DNA of 64,000 nt from Octopus sinensis (lineage: Eukaryota): the NCBI RefSeq assembly GCF_006345805.1, contig NC_043000.1, positions 159,526,001 to 159,590,000 of the forward strand. Direction: 5' to 3'. Every line of letters starts with the position of its first letter. Within the stretch, counting starts at the first letter, position 1. Under the pieces are notes generated by a model. That model made no database searches. It was not told where the DNA came from and was given only the letters and a program-made list of their open reading frames with translations. A program made the position numbers and the translations under genes. Positions 25,648-38,593 of the stretch are shown piece after piece.

Positions 25648-25823
25648 GCATTTTTCAAGACCCCATGAAGCGCCAATAAGTATTCGGTTTCTGTTAATCA
25701 AAAAATATATTTGAAGTAAATTGTTGACTAAATTTTCTATGTACTCACTAATCTAATTGAAATATATCTTTTGATTAACAGAAACCGAATATTTATTGAG
25801 GCCTCGTGGGTCATGAACAATGC
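25648..25823. mobile_element. MITE-like inverted repeat
   Basis: Arms of about 65 bp (25648-25712 and 25760-25823), core CAATAAGTATTCGGTTTCTGTTAATCAAAA and its reverse complement. Confidence 0.72.
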
Positions 25824-27954
25824 GTTTGTTATCAATTGATGAATTGCTGACTTTTTACGAACTTCAAGTAATACTCACAATGGTTGGCTACCCCAGCACC
25901 CGGAATTCTGCCGCTCATGATACTCGAATATGCGACAAAGGTCATGAACAATGGCCCAATCTCTTGACTAAATTACTCAAACTTAATAGACTTCAAGTTA
26001 GTAATGTACAAGCAACACTTGCATCGTGTTGTTCTGCTAAAATAGAAAGCCAATACGTCCGATAGCATCACATACAACTATGTGACCCGATTCACTGAAA
26101 TCTATCCGTCTAGGTCAGCAATGACAAACCGTTTTAGCCCAGCATGTCGAAATATTAATTTCTTTAATACTTGTAATTGAAGTATCACTTACATGTAAAC
26201 ATGTATTTTTGTTTTAGCTACTTGCTTATTAGATAACATTTTTATATAATAAAGATTTCTTCATATGCCACCTTAAAACTCTAAACATGCTAACATGTGT
26301 TTCAGAGATTCATTACCGTTGGCGTCTAAGTAATGAACACAGATAAACGCCAAGGAGAGTAAGGGAAACAACACAATGAAGTATATATTAATAGTTGGCT
26401 GTCTGATAGTACAAAAATTCGAATATTTGGAGCCCTAAATACCCCAATACAGCAAAAGGTAAACATTTTTGTGCTCTTTTTCTTCCAGTCTACGCTAGTG
26501 TAGTTAATTTCTACAACTAAAATTTTATACACAACAACAAACGTGAACAAGCATTTAAACACGCAAGATGTCCAAGGAACGTTAAAAGTTAATGAAATGG
26601 TCAGTGAAAAAGCACATTCACAGACGATAAGGAAACCTACAGCCTGTTCACCCAAGCAGTCTAAATGCCTATGATGAATAAGTCATAACACGAATGTATT
26701 TATATTTTATCCAAATCAAATAACTTCTTATCTAGCGATGAACCTTTTTTACTTTTACTAAGTTTTACATTCACATTATATTTCAATTGATTGGATGTCC
26801 GACAATCATCAAATTCCTTCTTACAAAATGTAAACGTATGGAGAGCAGAGAACAAACCGAACAAAACGTAGTATAAATGTTAATATTTAGAAAAAGAACT
26901 TCCATCTCCAGAGATGATTTTGATGGCTACAGAAATTGTAATATCATTCTTTACCGGATTTTGAATTTGTAATTATCATCATTGTAATGTACTTAGTTCT
27001 GTTGCTTGGTGTTAGTTTGGAAAAGCTGGGATTTTCAAGCAAAGAAGAGGCCGTATAACCTGTAGTGTGCAAATCCAATTTGTGGTCGAACAGTGAAAAT
27101 ACGTACAAGTATTATTGTTACCAAAAGCCCAGTAAAAGGGTTTTGATTCATAGTTGCAAACAAGCCTGAAGAAATATTAAAACGACACATAGGCAACAAT
27201 TGGCATAACTAGACGCACACACAAACATATATATATATATATATTCACTGCACATACACATACAAAACGTACCCAAACCATCACACGCACTCCTCCCTCA
27301 TATATGAATCCTTCACACACAAACTCCGAATACAGCCACTCCCAACCACACGCGCCCGCACGCACGCACATGCAATGGATAAGTATTTATCCTTAGAATT
27401 ATTGTAAGAAAATGTCAGATATCTATCAATAACTAATAAGAGCATTTCTTTTAATTGCTGAACCAAAAGAAGAAGGGCAATAACCGTAAGTCATTTTAGT
27501 GCCACCAACACGGATAGCAAAGAAAGAGAATGTGATCATCAAACCGCATATCTGACCTGACTACTGAAAACAGTTTGTGCTCCGCGGAAGGGAAGTTCCA
27601 GATCGCGGTGTTAAAGTGGAAGATGGATTAAGTTGACCAACGAAGAAGTTATATTCCATGACTAGCTTCTACACTTTTTCTTTCAACTCAGATCCATTCA
27701 GAAAAAAATTAGTCGATCCAAGGCTTTGGTAGAAAATATTTGTCTAAGGTTCTGCATAGCGTGTACGGAACTTAAGCCACATACTTTCGAATCGAAATCC
27801 TTTAACTCACAGCCGTGTCAGGTACCTAGCTTCTCTAGCTACATGAAATGAAGTAATATAGACAAAAGCGTCTTGCTTAGACAATGTAAAGCGTATAAGA
27901 ATTTGAAATCATAATCTTGGATTTAGTTGGTCAATATCTTACCTATAATTCGTT

Positions 27955-28160
27955 AGCAGGCCGGCCGGGCGTTTTGTCTGTCCCGGGTTCAGATTCCTCT
28001 GAGGGCGACTTTGATTTCCGGCTTTTCGGGTTCGATAAAACAAATACCAGTTGAGCACTGGGATCGATAAAATAATTACCAGTTGAACACTGGCGTTGAT
28101 GTAATCAACTTAACACTTTTCAAAAATTGCAGGCCTTTTAACCAAAATTTGAACTCAATA
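27955..28160 (+). mobile_element. degenerate SINE family A variant with an internal duplication
   Basis: TTCGATAAAA..TACCAGTTGA.CACTGG occurs twice in tandem. Confidence 0.65.
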
Positions 28161-28186
28161 TCTTACCTACAATGTCACTACATACA

Positions 28187-28219
<33 letters not shown>

Positions 28220-29083
28220 AAGGTATACATCCCAGGTCAAGAAGCACTGTTATTACCTACATATTTCCTCGAAACCAAGAAAGCAGCAACCAGTTGGAAA
28301 CGTACATATTTACTTTAAAAGAAGTGAAAATGGATAGCATTGGAGGTATAAACCAGAAGTAATCCTGGACTTGAAGTACTGAACATATAGAATATCAGAT
28401 AGCAAAGGTCAGTTCCATACGAGTCAGGAATAAGAAATCTTAAATACATCGTGCGGAAAGTAAAACATTAAAAAAATAATAATAAAACAAATGAAAGTGG
28501 AGAAAACGTAGATAGAAATATTGATGAGGCTGTTGCTAGAATAGTGTGGAAAGAATGATGTGAAACAAATAGATATTGATCAAGGAATAAGAGAAGAACA
28601 AGCAAAACTGACAAACCTTGTAAAATTTAACCGTTACTGAAACACATTTTAATAAAATCTACAGGATATTGTTATCAGAAATCAACAGCATATTGTTATC
28701 AATACTAACACTATGTCAAAGTACTTACCGCCAACGTGAAAACAAAAAGGAAGGAAGAAATGAGAGAGAAGTCATCCATGAGCTTATTATTGCGAAGTTT
28801 CCGACTGCAGTAGTTAAAATACAAACTCTGACTAATCCCAAACATTACTGGATTACAATGTAAAAAACCTACCAATTTGTACGGAACAAATAACTGGACT
28901 TGCGTTCTCAGAAAGAAAAGAAAGATACGAACACCACGGTTCATTCTAATGTAAAATTGACACGAAGATAGTGGTGTTACATAGATATAAGTACTAAATA
29001 ACAGCCATGGAGAGAAAATGATAGACTGAGCAGTTCGAGATACCATGGTCCGTTTCATTCTCTCTCTTCCCCTTTATTTCTGA

Positions 29084-29475
29084 CTAGCAGTATCGCCCGG
29101 CGTTGCTCGGGTTTGTAAGGGAAATAACTATATAAGCATTTTTAGAGATGTAAAGTATAATAGCCATCTCAATATGGCTAACCACAAAGCTTTACTGTAG
29201 CTTTTTACGTTCTGAGATTTAATAATAAATTTTTAGAGAGTTACTTCCCTTATATATGCCAAAAATGCATTAAAAATGGAAAAAAAATTGATGGTAATTT
29301 TTTTTTTAATCGTAGACTCATCGTAGACGCGCGCTAATACCCAGAAGGGCTCGATATGAATCACGACTATAAGATACCCGGTTTTGGGTAAACTGCACCG
29401 CCAAATGTGGGAGTAGTTAGGAATCTAAATCGTAGGAGACAGACAGACACACAACCTCACTTTTATATATAAAGA
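29084..29475 (-). mobile_element. complete 392-bp non-autonomous Helitron
   Basis: Minus strand: A|TCTTTATATATAAAAGTGAGG...CCCGAGCAACGCCGGGCGATACTG-CTAG|T. It has the 5' TC, subterminal hairpin, 3' CTAG, A|T target and no TSD. Confidence 0.85.
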
Positions 29476-29665
29476 TTAATGCATATGGTCAGCAATTTTA
29501 AGACAGTGGGCTGCTTAGCCGATGCCATCGACCCTAATACACGAGCATTACATTATTACATCGACCCTGAAAGAATGTAAAGCAAATTTGACCTACCTCG
29601 GTGGGATCTGAAATCTGAACGTAGAAGAAATACCGCATAGCGTATTGTTCGACACTAAGATTTCT

Positions 29666-30069
29666 TATTTCTTTACTGCCCACAAGGGGCTACACAGAGA
29701 CAAACGGATTAAGTCGATTGTATCGACCCCAGTGCGTAACTGGTACTTATTTAATCGACGAGCTGGCAGAAACGTTAGCACGCCGGGCGAAATGTTTAGC
29801 AGTATTTCGTCTGCCGTTACGTTCTGAGTTCAAATTCATCCGAGATCGACTTTGCCTTTCATCCTTTCGGGGTCGATAAATTAAGTGCCAGTTACGCACT
29901 GGGATCGATATAATCGACTTAATCTGTTTGTCTGTCCTTGTTTGTCCTCACTATGTTTAGCCCCATGTGGGAAGTAAAGAAATAGGTACTTATTTAATCG
30001 ACTCCTAAAGGATGAAAGGCAAAGTCGACCTCGGCGGAATTTGAACTCAGAACATAGCGGTAGACGAAA
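29666..30069 (-). mobile_element. SINE family A (outer, 5'-truncated), interrupted by a nested copy
   Basis: TSD GACACTAAGATTTCT at 29651-29665 and 30075-30089. Confidence 0.88.
29760..29984 (+). mobile_element. SINE family A (inner, opposite orientation)
   Basis: Exact 18-bp TSD GGTACTTATTTAATCGAC at 29742-29759 and 29985-30002. Confidence 0.9.
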
Positions 30070-30340
30070 TGTTTGACACTAAGATTTCTACCAACCGGCC
30101 GTCCCTTCTCCTCTTTGTAATAATAGCTTCTAACGCAGACACAAAACAACGTATTTTGAAGATATGGGAGAGTTGAACTTGATAAATCAGGATTTAAACT
30201 CAGACCTCAATGGAAAGTAACTGAATACTTACTTTGTTCAATACTCTATTCTACTATGACACCAGACAGGTGATTTATAAACGCAAGAAGCGCATATAAC
30301 CGACGAGGAAGTAGCTTTAATACATACAAAAATTCATATA

Positions 30341-30502
30341 GGCGCAGGAGTGGCTGTGTGGTAAGTAGCTTGCTAACCAACCACATGGTTCCGGGTTCAG
30401 TCCCACTGCGTGGCATCTTGGGCAAGTGTCTTCTGCTATAGCCCCGGGCCGACCAATGCCTTGTGAGTGGATCTGGTAGACGGAAACTGAAAGAAGCCTG
30501 TC

Positions 30503-30562
<60 letters not shown>

Positions 30563-30780
30563 GTGTGTGTATGAGTTTGTGTGTCTGTGTTTGTTCCCCT
30601 AGCATTGCTTGACAACCGATGCTGGTGTGTTTACGTCCCCGTCACTTAGCGGTTCGGCAAAAAGTGACCGATAGAATAAGTACTGGGCTTACAAAGAACA
30701 AGTCCCGGGGTCGATTTGCTCGACTAAAGGCGGTGCTCCAGCATGGCCGCAATCAAATGACTGAAAAGAGTAAAAGAGTA
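30341..30780 (+). mobile_element. SINE family B, full length
   Basis: Head GGCGCAGGAGTGGCTGTGTGGTAAG..GGGTTCAGTCCC, CORE-like TTGGGCAAGTGTCTTCT, internal (TA)n(TG)n, 3' AAAGAGTAAAAGAG. Confidence 0.9.
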
Positions 30781-31414
30781 TACGAATGAATGATTTGTCG
30801 CTTTTTAAAGAATTCCACTCCCTAGTTATTGGTCGGCCAGGTCCAAGGGTAGAAGATTCTAGTTCAATGTGTCTGAAGTGGAACAGAACCCGAAACTTTA
30901 TGAACGTGAGCGCGAACTTCTTAACTATTCCACGACTCATGTAGATATACTCATACGTACAATCAGTCCAGCAGGCTGATTTGTGCCTAATTCGAATGAA
31001 AGATCTTTATTTCTATGTTTCAAACCGGCTCTTTCTCTATTGAGGAGAAATTTGAAAAAATAGATCATGCGCATAAGTATTTTGCACAAGCGAAACGGTT
31101 TACATCATACATGCACGACCTAACATACATACAAACAAACACATATATAGAGACATACATATATAGGTTCCAAATAACTAGGCAGGGTTTTATATTGCAA
31201 TACAGAGCCAGAATGCATTCAATATGAAGCTAAGCCGGTTGTACAACTGTTGTGCACATCTATTTTTACTGCAACACTTCAAAGAGTATTTCTTATGGCA
31301 CATTGACATACACAGGTGTGCACACACGCATAAAAAAATCTTACATCCATGTAAGCATATTTATTTGCAGCTGCACAAAAATTATGTTCTGATTGCACAA
31401 CTTCAAACAATAAC

Positions 31415-31415
<1 letters not shown>

Positions 31416-31455
<40 letters not shown>
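31416..31455. repeat. (GATA)n microsatellite
   Basis: Directly visible. Confidence 0.95.
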
Positions 31456-31456
<1 letters not shown>

Positions 31457-31667
31457 AGCTTACATTAATATACAAACTTACGCATTCCATTGTGCACACC
31501 TTCAAAAACAATTGCAGCAACTATATTCAAACGCTGTGACATGCCTACAATGTATTGAAGTTGCAACATCGAAATGCAATACAGAGAAAATGCGACATGC
31601 ATACATACAGCTACAATGAATTGCAGTCACATAATAAAACTGCAGGACCTCGAACATCGCCGAAATT

Positions 31668-31709
<42 letters not shown>

Positions 31710-32079
31710 CTGAATCGACAACGTACAAACCTAGCTTTATATCGTGATACACAAGTGACACACTCATGCACACACACAAAGCTACAATATGGAGCCAAGC
31801 AATTTACTTTGCAGTTGCATAGACATTCTTATTGCACAATGTCATCTCAACATTGCTGCTGCAGCCACATATCCAGATATAAACTATAGCCACATACCCA
31901 GACGCAAACATGCATGCATAAATACACACGCAGCCACAAACGTACATAATCAATCGCACACTTTTATATAATTAGACAAATACCTCACTTCTAACATATA
32001 CATACGCAAATACAACATTGCTCTCTCTCTCTCTCCCTCATATATGTGTATTTGCAAACCCATCCTTATATACATACAT

Positions 32080-32135
<56 letters not shown>

Positions 32136-32549
32136 TATATATAATACACAGCGCAAATAATCTTTATTTACATACATACACAGGCAAGTATCCTTATTTG
32201 CAAACGCTTACAACCATACCACGGCTACAATGCTGATTTAAATAGCTAATCTCTCATGACCACAGTTTATATGTACAAATGCTTGTGAGTCATTAGTTAT
32301 AAACAAAGCACAAATATTTTCCTTTGGGCAGAAAAATTAAGTGCGTGCAGGTCAGCAGATGTGATATCCTTCGGGTCACTAAGATGTAGATTTGATCTCG
32401 AAACCTGATTTAAATTGCCTTTTTAATTACTTTAACCAAGGTCGTTCAATCTTCTATTTACTTCTAAAAAGAGCAACATTCCAGTAATTAGTTTCTTGCC
32501 CTTACTTTTTTTAATGTTTAGGAAAGTTCTTGAAAATACGGGTAAGTAA

Positions 32550-32850
32550 TTTTTCGACATAGGCCCCTTGCTTTTTATGTTCCACTTTTTTCACAGGAGC
32601 ACGCCTTCATGAAAATTCATTTTTGGTTGAGAAATAAGGGACATAGTATATTACGTCCTTCACTTCTTCATCCGTGACAAATCGACTACCACTTAAGTCA
32701 CCTTACATAGGCGCACAGGTAATAATCGAAAGGAGTTAGGAATATGGGCAAATTATTAAAATTTCAGCTTCTGGGGAATCCCCACGACGTGGGCAATAAT
32801 ATGACAGTGGTTATAGCATTTCGCTATAACGAGCACTTTACTATTCGGGT
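32550..32850 (-). mobile_element. highly decayed mariner transposase C-terminal remnant
   Basis: Minus-strand pieces EILIICPYS, PFDYYL, LSGSRFVTDEEVKDVI, QPKMNFHEGV and KQGAYVEK in mariner order, with stops and frameshifts. Confidence 0.55.
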
Positions 32851-33164
32851 CTTCTCCCGATAACGCTCAGATATTGACTCACGACACGTCAGTATCGCCA
32901 TTCTAACTGTTGGTCGGGTTTTTAACTTTCTCTGACTGGCGACTGCAGATGTTTCCATTCTATACTCTGGGTTTTATTTACTAACCGACTTGTAGAGTTT
33001 TATCCAATGACAAAAGTCAGTTTTCTTTCTCCAACGTATCATCTTCGTTACCACAGCAATCCTAAGGTCGTGGGCAGAATTCGAAGCGATATTGTTATAA
33101 TTTTAAATTGTCTGCATCCCAGCTTGAACAAACTTTATTATAAACAAGTATTTTTCTTTTATTT

Positions 33165-33750
33165 CCTTTACTTGTTTCAGTCATTTGACTTCAGCCATAC
33201 TGGAGCACCGCCTTTAGTCGAACAAATCGACCCCCAGGACTTATTCTTTGTTGTTGTTTGTTCCTTCTCGAGCCATGCCTGGCTCATAAGGGCCGGTTTC
33301 CCGGTTTCCTTGGCGTATAGGTTCCCCACCTGAACGGGACGCCGGTCCGTCGCAGGTGAGCTGCAAGATGCTGGAGGAAAGAGTGAGAGAAACTTGTGGC
33401 GAAAGAGTCAGCAGAATTTCACCATTACCTTCTGCCGGAGCCGCGTGGAGCTTAGGTGTTTCATTCATAAACACACACATCGCCCGGTTTTAGATTCGAA
33501 TCCGCGATCCCTCGACTGCGAGTTTGCTGCTCTAACCACTAGGCCATGTGCCTCCAGGACTTATTCTTTGTAAGCCTAGAACTTATTCTATCGGGTCTTT
33601 TGCCGAACAGCTAAGTTAAGAGAACGTAAACACGCTAGCATCGGTTGTCAAGCATTGATGGAAGTGGGGGTAGGGGCAAATACAGATACACGCAATGGGA
33701 CTGAACCCGGACCCATGTGGTTGGGAAGCAAGCTTCTTACTACACAGCCA
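33165..33750 (-). mobile_element. SINE family B, interrupted by a family C insertion
   Basis: Family B sequence resumes on both sides of 33252-33555; middle part deleted. Confidence 0.82.
33252..33555 (-). mobile_element. SINE family C, tail type 2, full length
   Basis: Head GGAGGCACATGGCCTAGTGGTTAG, (AAC)n tail; 16-bp TSD AGGACTTATTCTTTGT at 33236-33251 and 33556-33571. Confidence 0.9.
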
Positions 33751-33770
33751 GTTATTACATAAAATACTTA

Positions 33771-34160
33771 GGCGCAGGAGTGGCTGTGTGGTAAGTAGCT
33801 TGTTTACCAACCACATGGTTCCAGGTTCAGTCCCACTGCGTGGCACCTTGGGCAACTGTCTTCTACTATAGCTTCGGGCCGACCAAAGCCTTGTGAGTGG
33901 ATTTGGTAGACGGAAACTGAAAGAAGCCCGTCGTATATATGTATATATATATGTATGCGTGTATGTTTGTGTTTGTCTCCCTAGCATTGCTTGACAACCG
34001 ATGCTGGTGTGTTTATGTCCGTCACTTAGCGGTTCGGCAAAAGAGACAGATAGAATAAGTACTAGGCTTACAAAGAATAAGTCTGGGAGTCGAGTTGCTA
34101 GACTAAAGGCGGTGCTCCAGCATGGCCGCAGTCAAATGACTGAAACAAGTAAAAGAGTAA
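33771..34160 (+). mobile_element. SINE family B, full length
   Basis: Near-identical to 30341-30780, with a shorter internal microsatellite. Confidence 0.9.
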
Positions 34161-34891
34161 TCACTAACCACTCATTTTTTCAAGAGAACCATATCGCAGA
34201 ATCGCTCAATGGTGTCATCTGCACGAGACGTGGTCGGGTTCCTTCGAGATGTGTAACATTTATGGCGGCCATATTTCAGTATTACCATTCAAGTCTCTTT
34301 GATTATGACTCTTTGTACATAGAGATCTACCTGAATTTTGCATTTATTATGTTTTCGTATGTCTGTGTGTCCATACACTATGTTTTTATATGCCCTGAAT
34401 TATGTATGTGTATATTTAAGTTTGAGTACATCTGTATATATTTACAGTGATGTTTTGAATAACCAAAGCGAGTTAACGAATGAGTCACTACATGGCCGCT
34501 AGATCTGCTAGATATAGCAACCAAATTTCCCAAAATCTCATTGAAGTGTATGTATTAGATAATAACGAAAGATACACCAGAAAATGTAGCTTTTGACAAA
34601 AGAGAGAAAAAAAGAAAATTAGATGGGAAGGTCATAAGAGGAACGTTTTTAATCATAGTTCTTCTCAATCTGAACAGGCCGGGGGCTAAACAGCAACGAA
34701 ACTTATATTAAAGCAGCACATGGAATTTAACTGCAAGACCAATATGCAGTAATTGATAGCCAACTGCATTACAAGCTGCAGCGCACATAATTCAATTGCA
34801 CAACATCAAACATCACTGCACACACATACACCGAAGCACATGGAGGGCTGTTCACATGCTCAGCGAGAAATACACATTCATAAACATGTCG

Positions 34892-34929
<38 letters not shown>

Positions 34930-35029
34930 GTTACAATCCATGATCTAAGCAAATTACATTGCAGCTGCACACAGAAACTGCAAGACCAATGTGCAGTAAT
35001 TTACCCCTCCCCTACCTGCCAGTGATGAC

Positions 35030-36638
35030 AGTGACACCGCCCTCCACCTACGTTCTGCAAATTCCTCTAGCTACTCCTCAAATTATAGAAATACTATTTC
35101 TATCTCATTTCCTCTCCCTCTTTGCAACTCCCTTACTCATTATTACTACTTTTTTCTCCACTGCCCTTCTCTCCTCTCTCTCCTTTTCCTTTTCTATAAC
35201 AGCTTTTATCATCTCTCCACCTTAGAAGTCTTTATTTCACATCCTCCTCCTCTCACATTCTCCTCCTCCCGTTGGTTTGGATGATGAATTCTCCCCTTTC
35301 ATTTGCCTATCCCCACCCTTTACTCTGCCTGTTGGTAGATCCCACCTTTTCTCTCTTCCTCCACCTTTCTTGCACCACCCGTCTGTCTAATTCCTCCTCG
35401 CCCACCCTTTATCCTGTGTTCTTTTTTTTTATCCTCTCTCCACTCTCCCCCCCCCCCTTACTGTATTCACACTCCTATCTTTCCACCGCAAACACAAGCA
35501 CCACCAACACATACGTCGCCGCCATCACTACCACTAATACAAGCACCACCATCTCTACCACCGTCACACCTACCACCAACACGAGCCCCGCCGCCATTAC
35601 CATCAGCATAAAAAAGAGATCCACTACAACCGCCTATAAATCAACCGACATTACTACCTGCACCCTTTACTCTCTCACTCTCTCTTTTTTTTTATTTATC
35701 AACAACAATGATTAGCTAGATCCAATGCCAACTTTAGGAAAACTACTACCAAAACCACACTCACTACCACCAGTAATACTATAAAAGTTACTACCACCAC
35801 CGCTACTCCTTTTACAAGCGCCTCAACCATCGCCACGAAAGCGAGACCGCTATTGTAAAATAGCGGTCTGCTTTTCGTGGATCAAATATTAAGGATCAAA
35901 TACTAACAGCTCAAACATTACTGCCAATCCTGCCATTACCTGCCTCTTGTTACTGACATCAGCACCACCACCGGCGCCAACCTATTAGCTCAATAAACAA
36001 TTATATTGATAATGATGATCGCCATCGTAATCCCCTTCGCCATCGTCATTAACGTAACTGCTACCCAGAACTTTCTCGTACAACCACACTTTTATTACTA
36101 TCAAACAGTCGCATCGCTACTCTCCACACCTCCTCCTCCTCCTCTACCCTCAAACTTCTCCGCCTCCAACCAATCCACTGCCGTTCGATCGTTTACTCAC
36201 TCTCACTCACTCGGGCAAATTTAGTAGGGATAACTATGCATCTTCGCGCATGTGTGCATTGGATCGAGAAACTGCAAGAGAATGGATGACAGAGGATGAA
36301 TGAGGTGGGGGGAGGAGAGGGCAAGAGGGGAGATAGAGAGAGAGAGAGGGAGAGAGAGAGAGGGAGAGCAATAAGATAGATGAGAACACATTAAGGAGAA
36401 AGAGAGCGGGGGATAAAAGAAGGAAACCGAAAGGGAAATAACTAAATGAAGAGAGATAAAAATAAAAATAAGGGGAGAGGGATAAAAAGAGGAGGAAGGG
36501 GAACGATGATAAAGATAGGAGAGGAAGAATGTGGTGGTGGTGGGGGGGGAGAGATATGGGAAGAGACAAGAACGAACGGGAAAAATAGCTGAGAAAGGAA
36601 AAAAGAAAACAATAAAGAGAAATAAAGATTCGGCAAGG

Positions 36639-36683
<45 letters not shown>

Positions 36684-37060
36684 AGGGAGAGGGGGAACAG
36701 AAGTGTGAACAAGAGGAGAGAAAGAATCAGGGATGAAATAAAGATAGAGAGATCAATGTGAGTGGATCCATGTATATGTGTGTATATATGCTGATACATG
36801 TTTGCAAGCATGCCCTCATGCATTTGTGAAATGTCAGCTTATTTCTATGTATGCGTCTTCCTCCTGTCTTTGTGTATGCGCATGCGTACGTTTATTTCTG
36901 TGAGTGGTTATGTCTACATATTCATGTGTAACGACAGTTGTTGTGTATGTACGCGGCCTCCACTGTTTCTTAATGGATGTGTGGAAGTTCCTACGAAGCC
37001 ATGTGCGCGCGTGTATGTCCATGTGAGTGGATTTTCATTACTGATTATCTATGTGCATGT

Positions 37061-37099
<39 letters not shown>

Positions 37100-37940
37100 T
37101 TGTGCGTGTAGCGTTTCATATATGTACGAGTGTGTGCGCGCGCGAGTGAATTTCTGTTAGAACTCAGTGTACGTATATGCGTGTGTGCTTGTACCCGTAT
37201 AAGAAACGAAACTAGAATCTATACCGACTTCACATTTCCTACACACACACACACACACACACATGTATACACGCAAATACAGACATATACACGCACACAC
37301 TCATACACGAATCCATTGATGAGAACGACTTCAATTTAAAGTAAAACTGTAAAGGAGAGTGAGTGTGAGGGAGAAGGATTGAGGAAGAGGAGGAGGAGGG
37401 GACCAAGGATAGTGGTAGGAAGAAATGCCGAGGGATGAAAAACAGTAGGAGGATTGGTGGATTGATGTGGTAGGAGGATTAGAAGCGGGAGGAAGCAAAG
37501 AGGTGGGGGGAAAGAAAGCAGGAAGGAAGAAGAGAAGGGAGTGTGAGGTGATTTAGGAGAGCAGTAGTAAGAGAAAATGTTGATGGGGGGGAAAAAGGCT
37601 GGTAAAAGGAATAGCGAAGTGGAGGCAAAGGGAAGCAGGAGGGAGAGATGAGAAAGGATCACGGGGAGAAGAGGAATAGTGGGAGTAAGTAGTGCCCAGT
37701 AGTTGTGGGGGCACGCAATGGAAGAGGAAAAAGGGGTGGAATGATTAAAATCACAGTGGGGGGATAAGGTAAAGGGTTGGGGGAAATGTCAGCGACATGT
37801 AAAGGCCGTTGTGTTGCACAAGTTAATACGTAAAACTGAACAAGGGTTGAGTGGGGGGAGGGTTAAAATTTGATTATAATTAGTAGTAGTAGTAATAGCA
37901 GTTGAAACAGCAGTGGTGGTGGTGATGGTAGAGGTTGTAA
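35030..37940. repeat. mosaic of cryptically simple tracts (CT-rich, ACC/ACT, GA-rich, TG, GA-rich, GTA/GTG)
   Basis: Strongly strand-skewed blocks are visible; they are the source of S/L/P- and T-rich spurious ORFs. Confidence 0.8.
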
Positions 37941-38461
37941 GGATGGGAATCCCTATATTGCTGAATCTGCATTTTGTGCGACACCCTTACCGATCCTACC
38001 AGGCCAATACACAGTCACTACAATTGCTAGACATAGTTACTAAAACTCGTTAAAAATCATATTCTAGTGTCTTATACAAGCACCGAAACATTCGATAATG
38101 AAATCCTTGAGTGTGTTATGTCTGGAGAAAAAATAAATTGAGATAGGATGGTTCCGGTTAAAAGGTTTTTCAGTAGAGATGACCTTGGGTCAACCGTCAA
38201 CAACAACGAAAATATTACTGGAAGAAGCGTGGTGAATAAGGATGAACTTAGGGAAATATATTCAAATGGGGTGGTGGTAAGAATTTTGCTCAGTTAAGGG
38301 GTATGTAGTCAATGTCATACGCAATAGACGGTGGGGGGGGAGAGAAAAATTTCTATCTTTCTAAACTAGGAATCGAAACATTTCGAACTTCTACAGAGAA
38401 AGCAAACAAACACACACACACACACACACACGTGTATTTATATTACATGAACATGTGCGAG

Positions 38462-38494
<33 letters not shown>

Positions 38495-38593
38495 ATTTGT
38501 GTGTGTGTGCGCGCGCATAAGTTGGGAAAAAATTGTAACACCACCTACGGTGTTTGAAGTGCTACATTTGCGAAAAACATATATATATATATA

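Noticed and set aside
32772-32860. Three closely spaced short hairpins suggesting a structured RNA
   Set aside because: They lie within a decayed mariner coding remnant; the stems are only 5-8 bp and not a recognisable fold.
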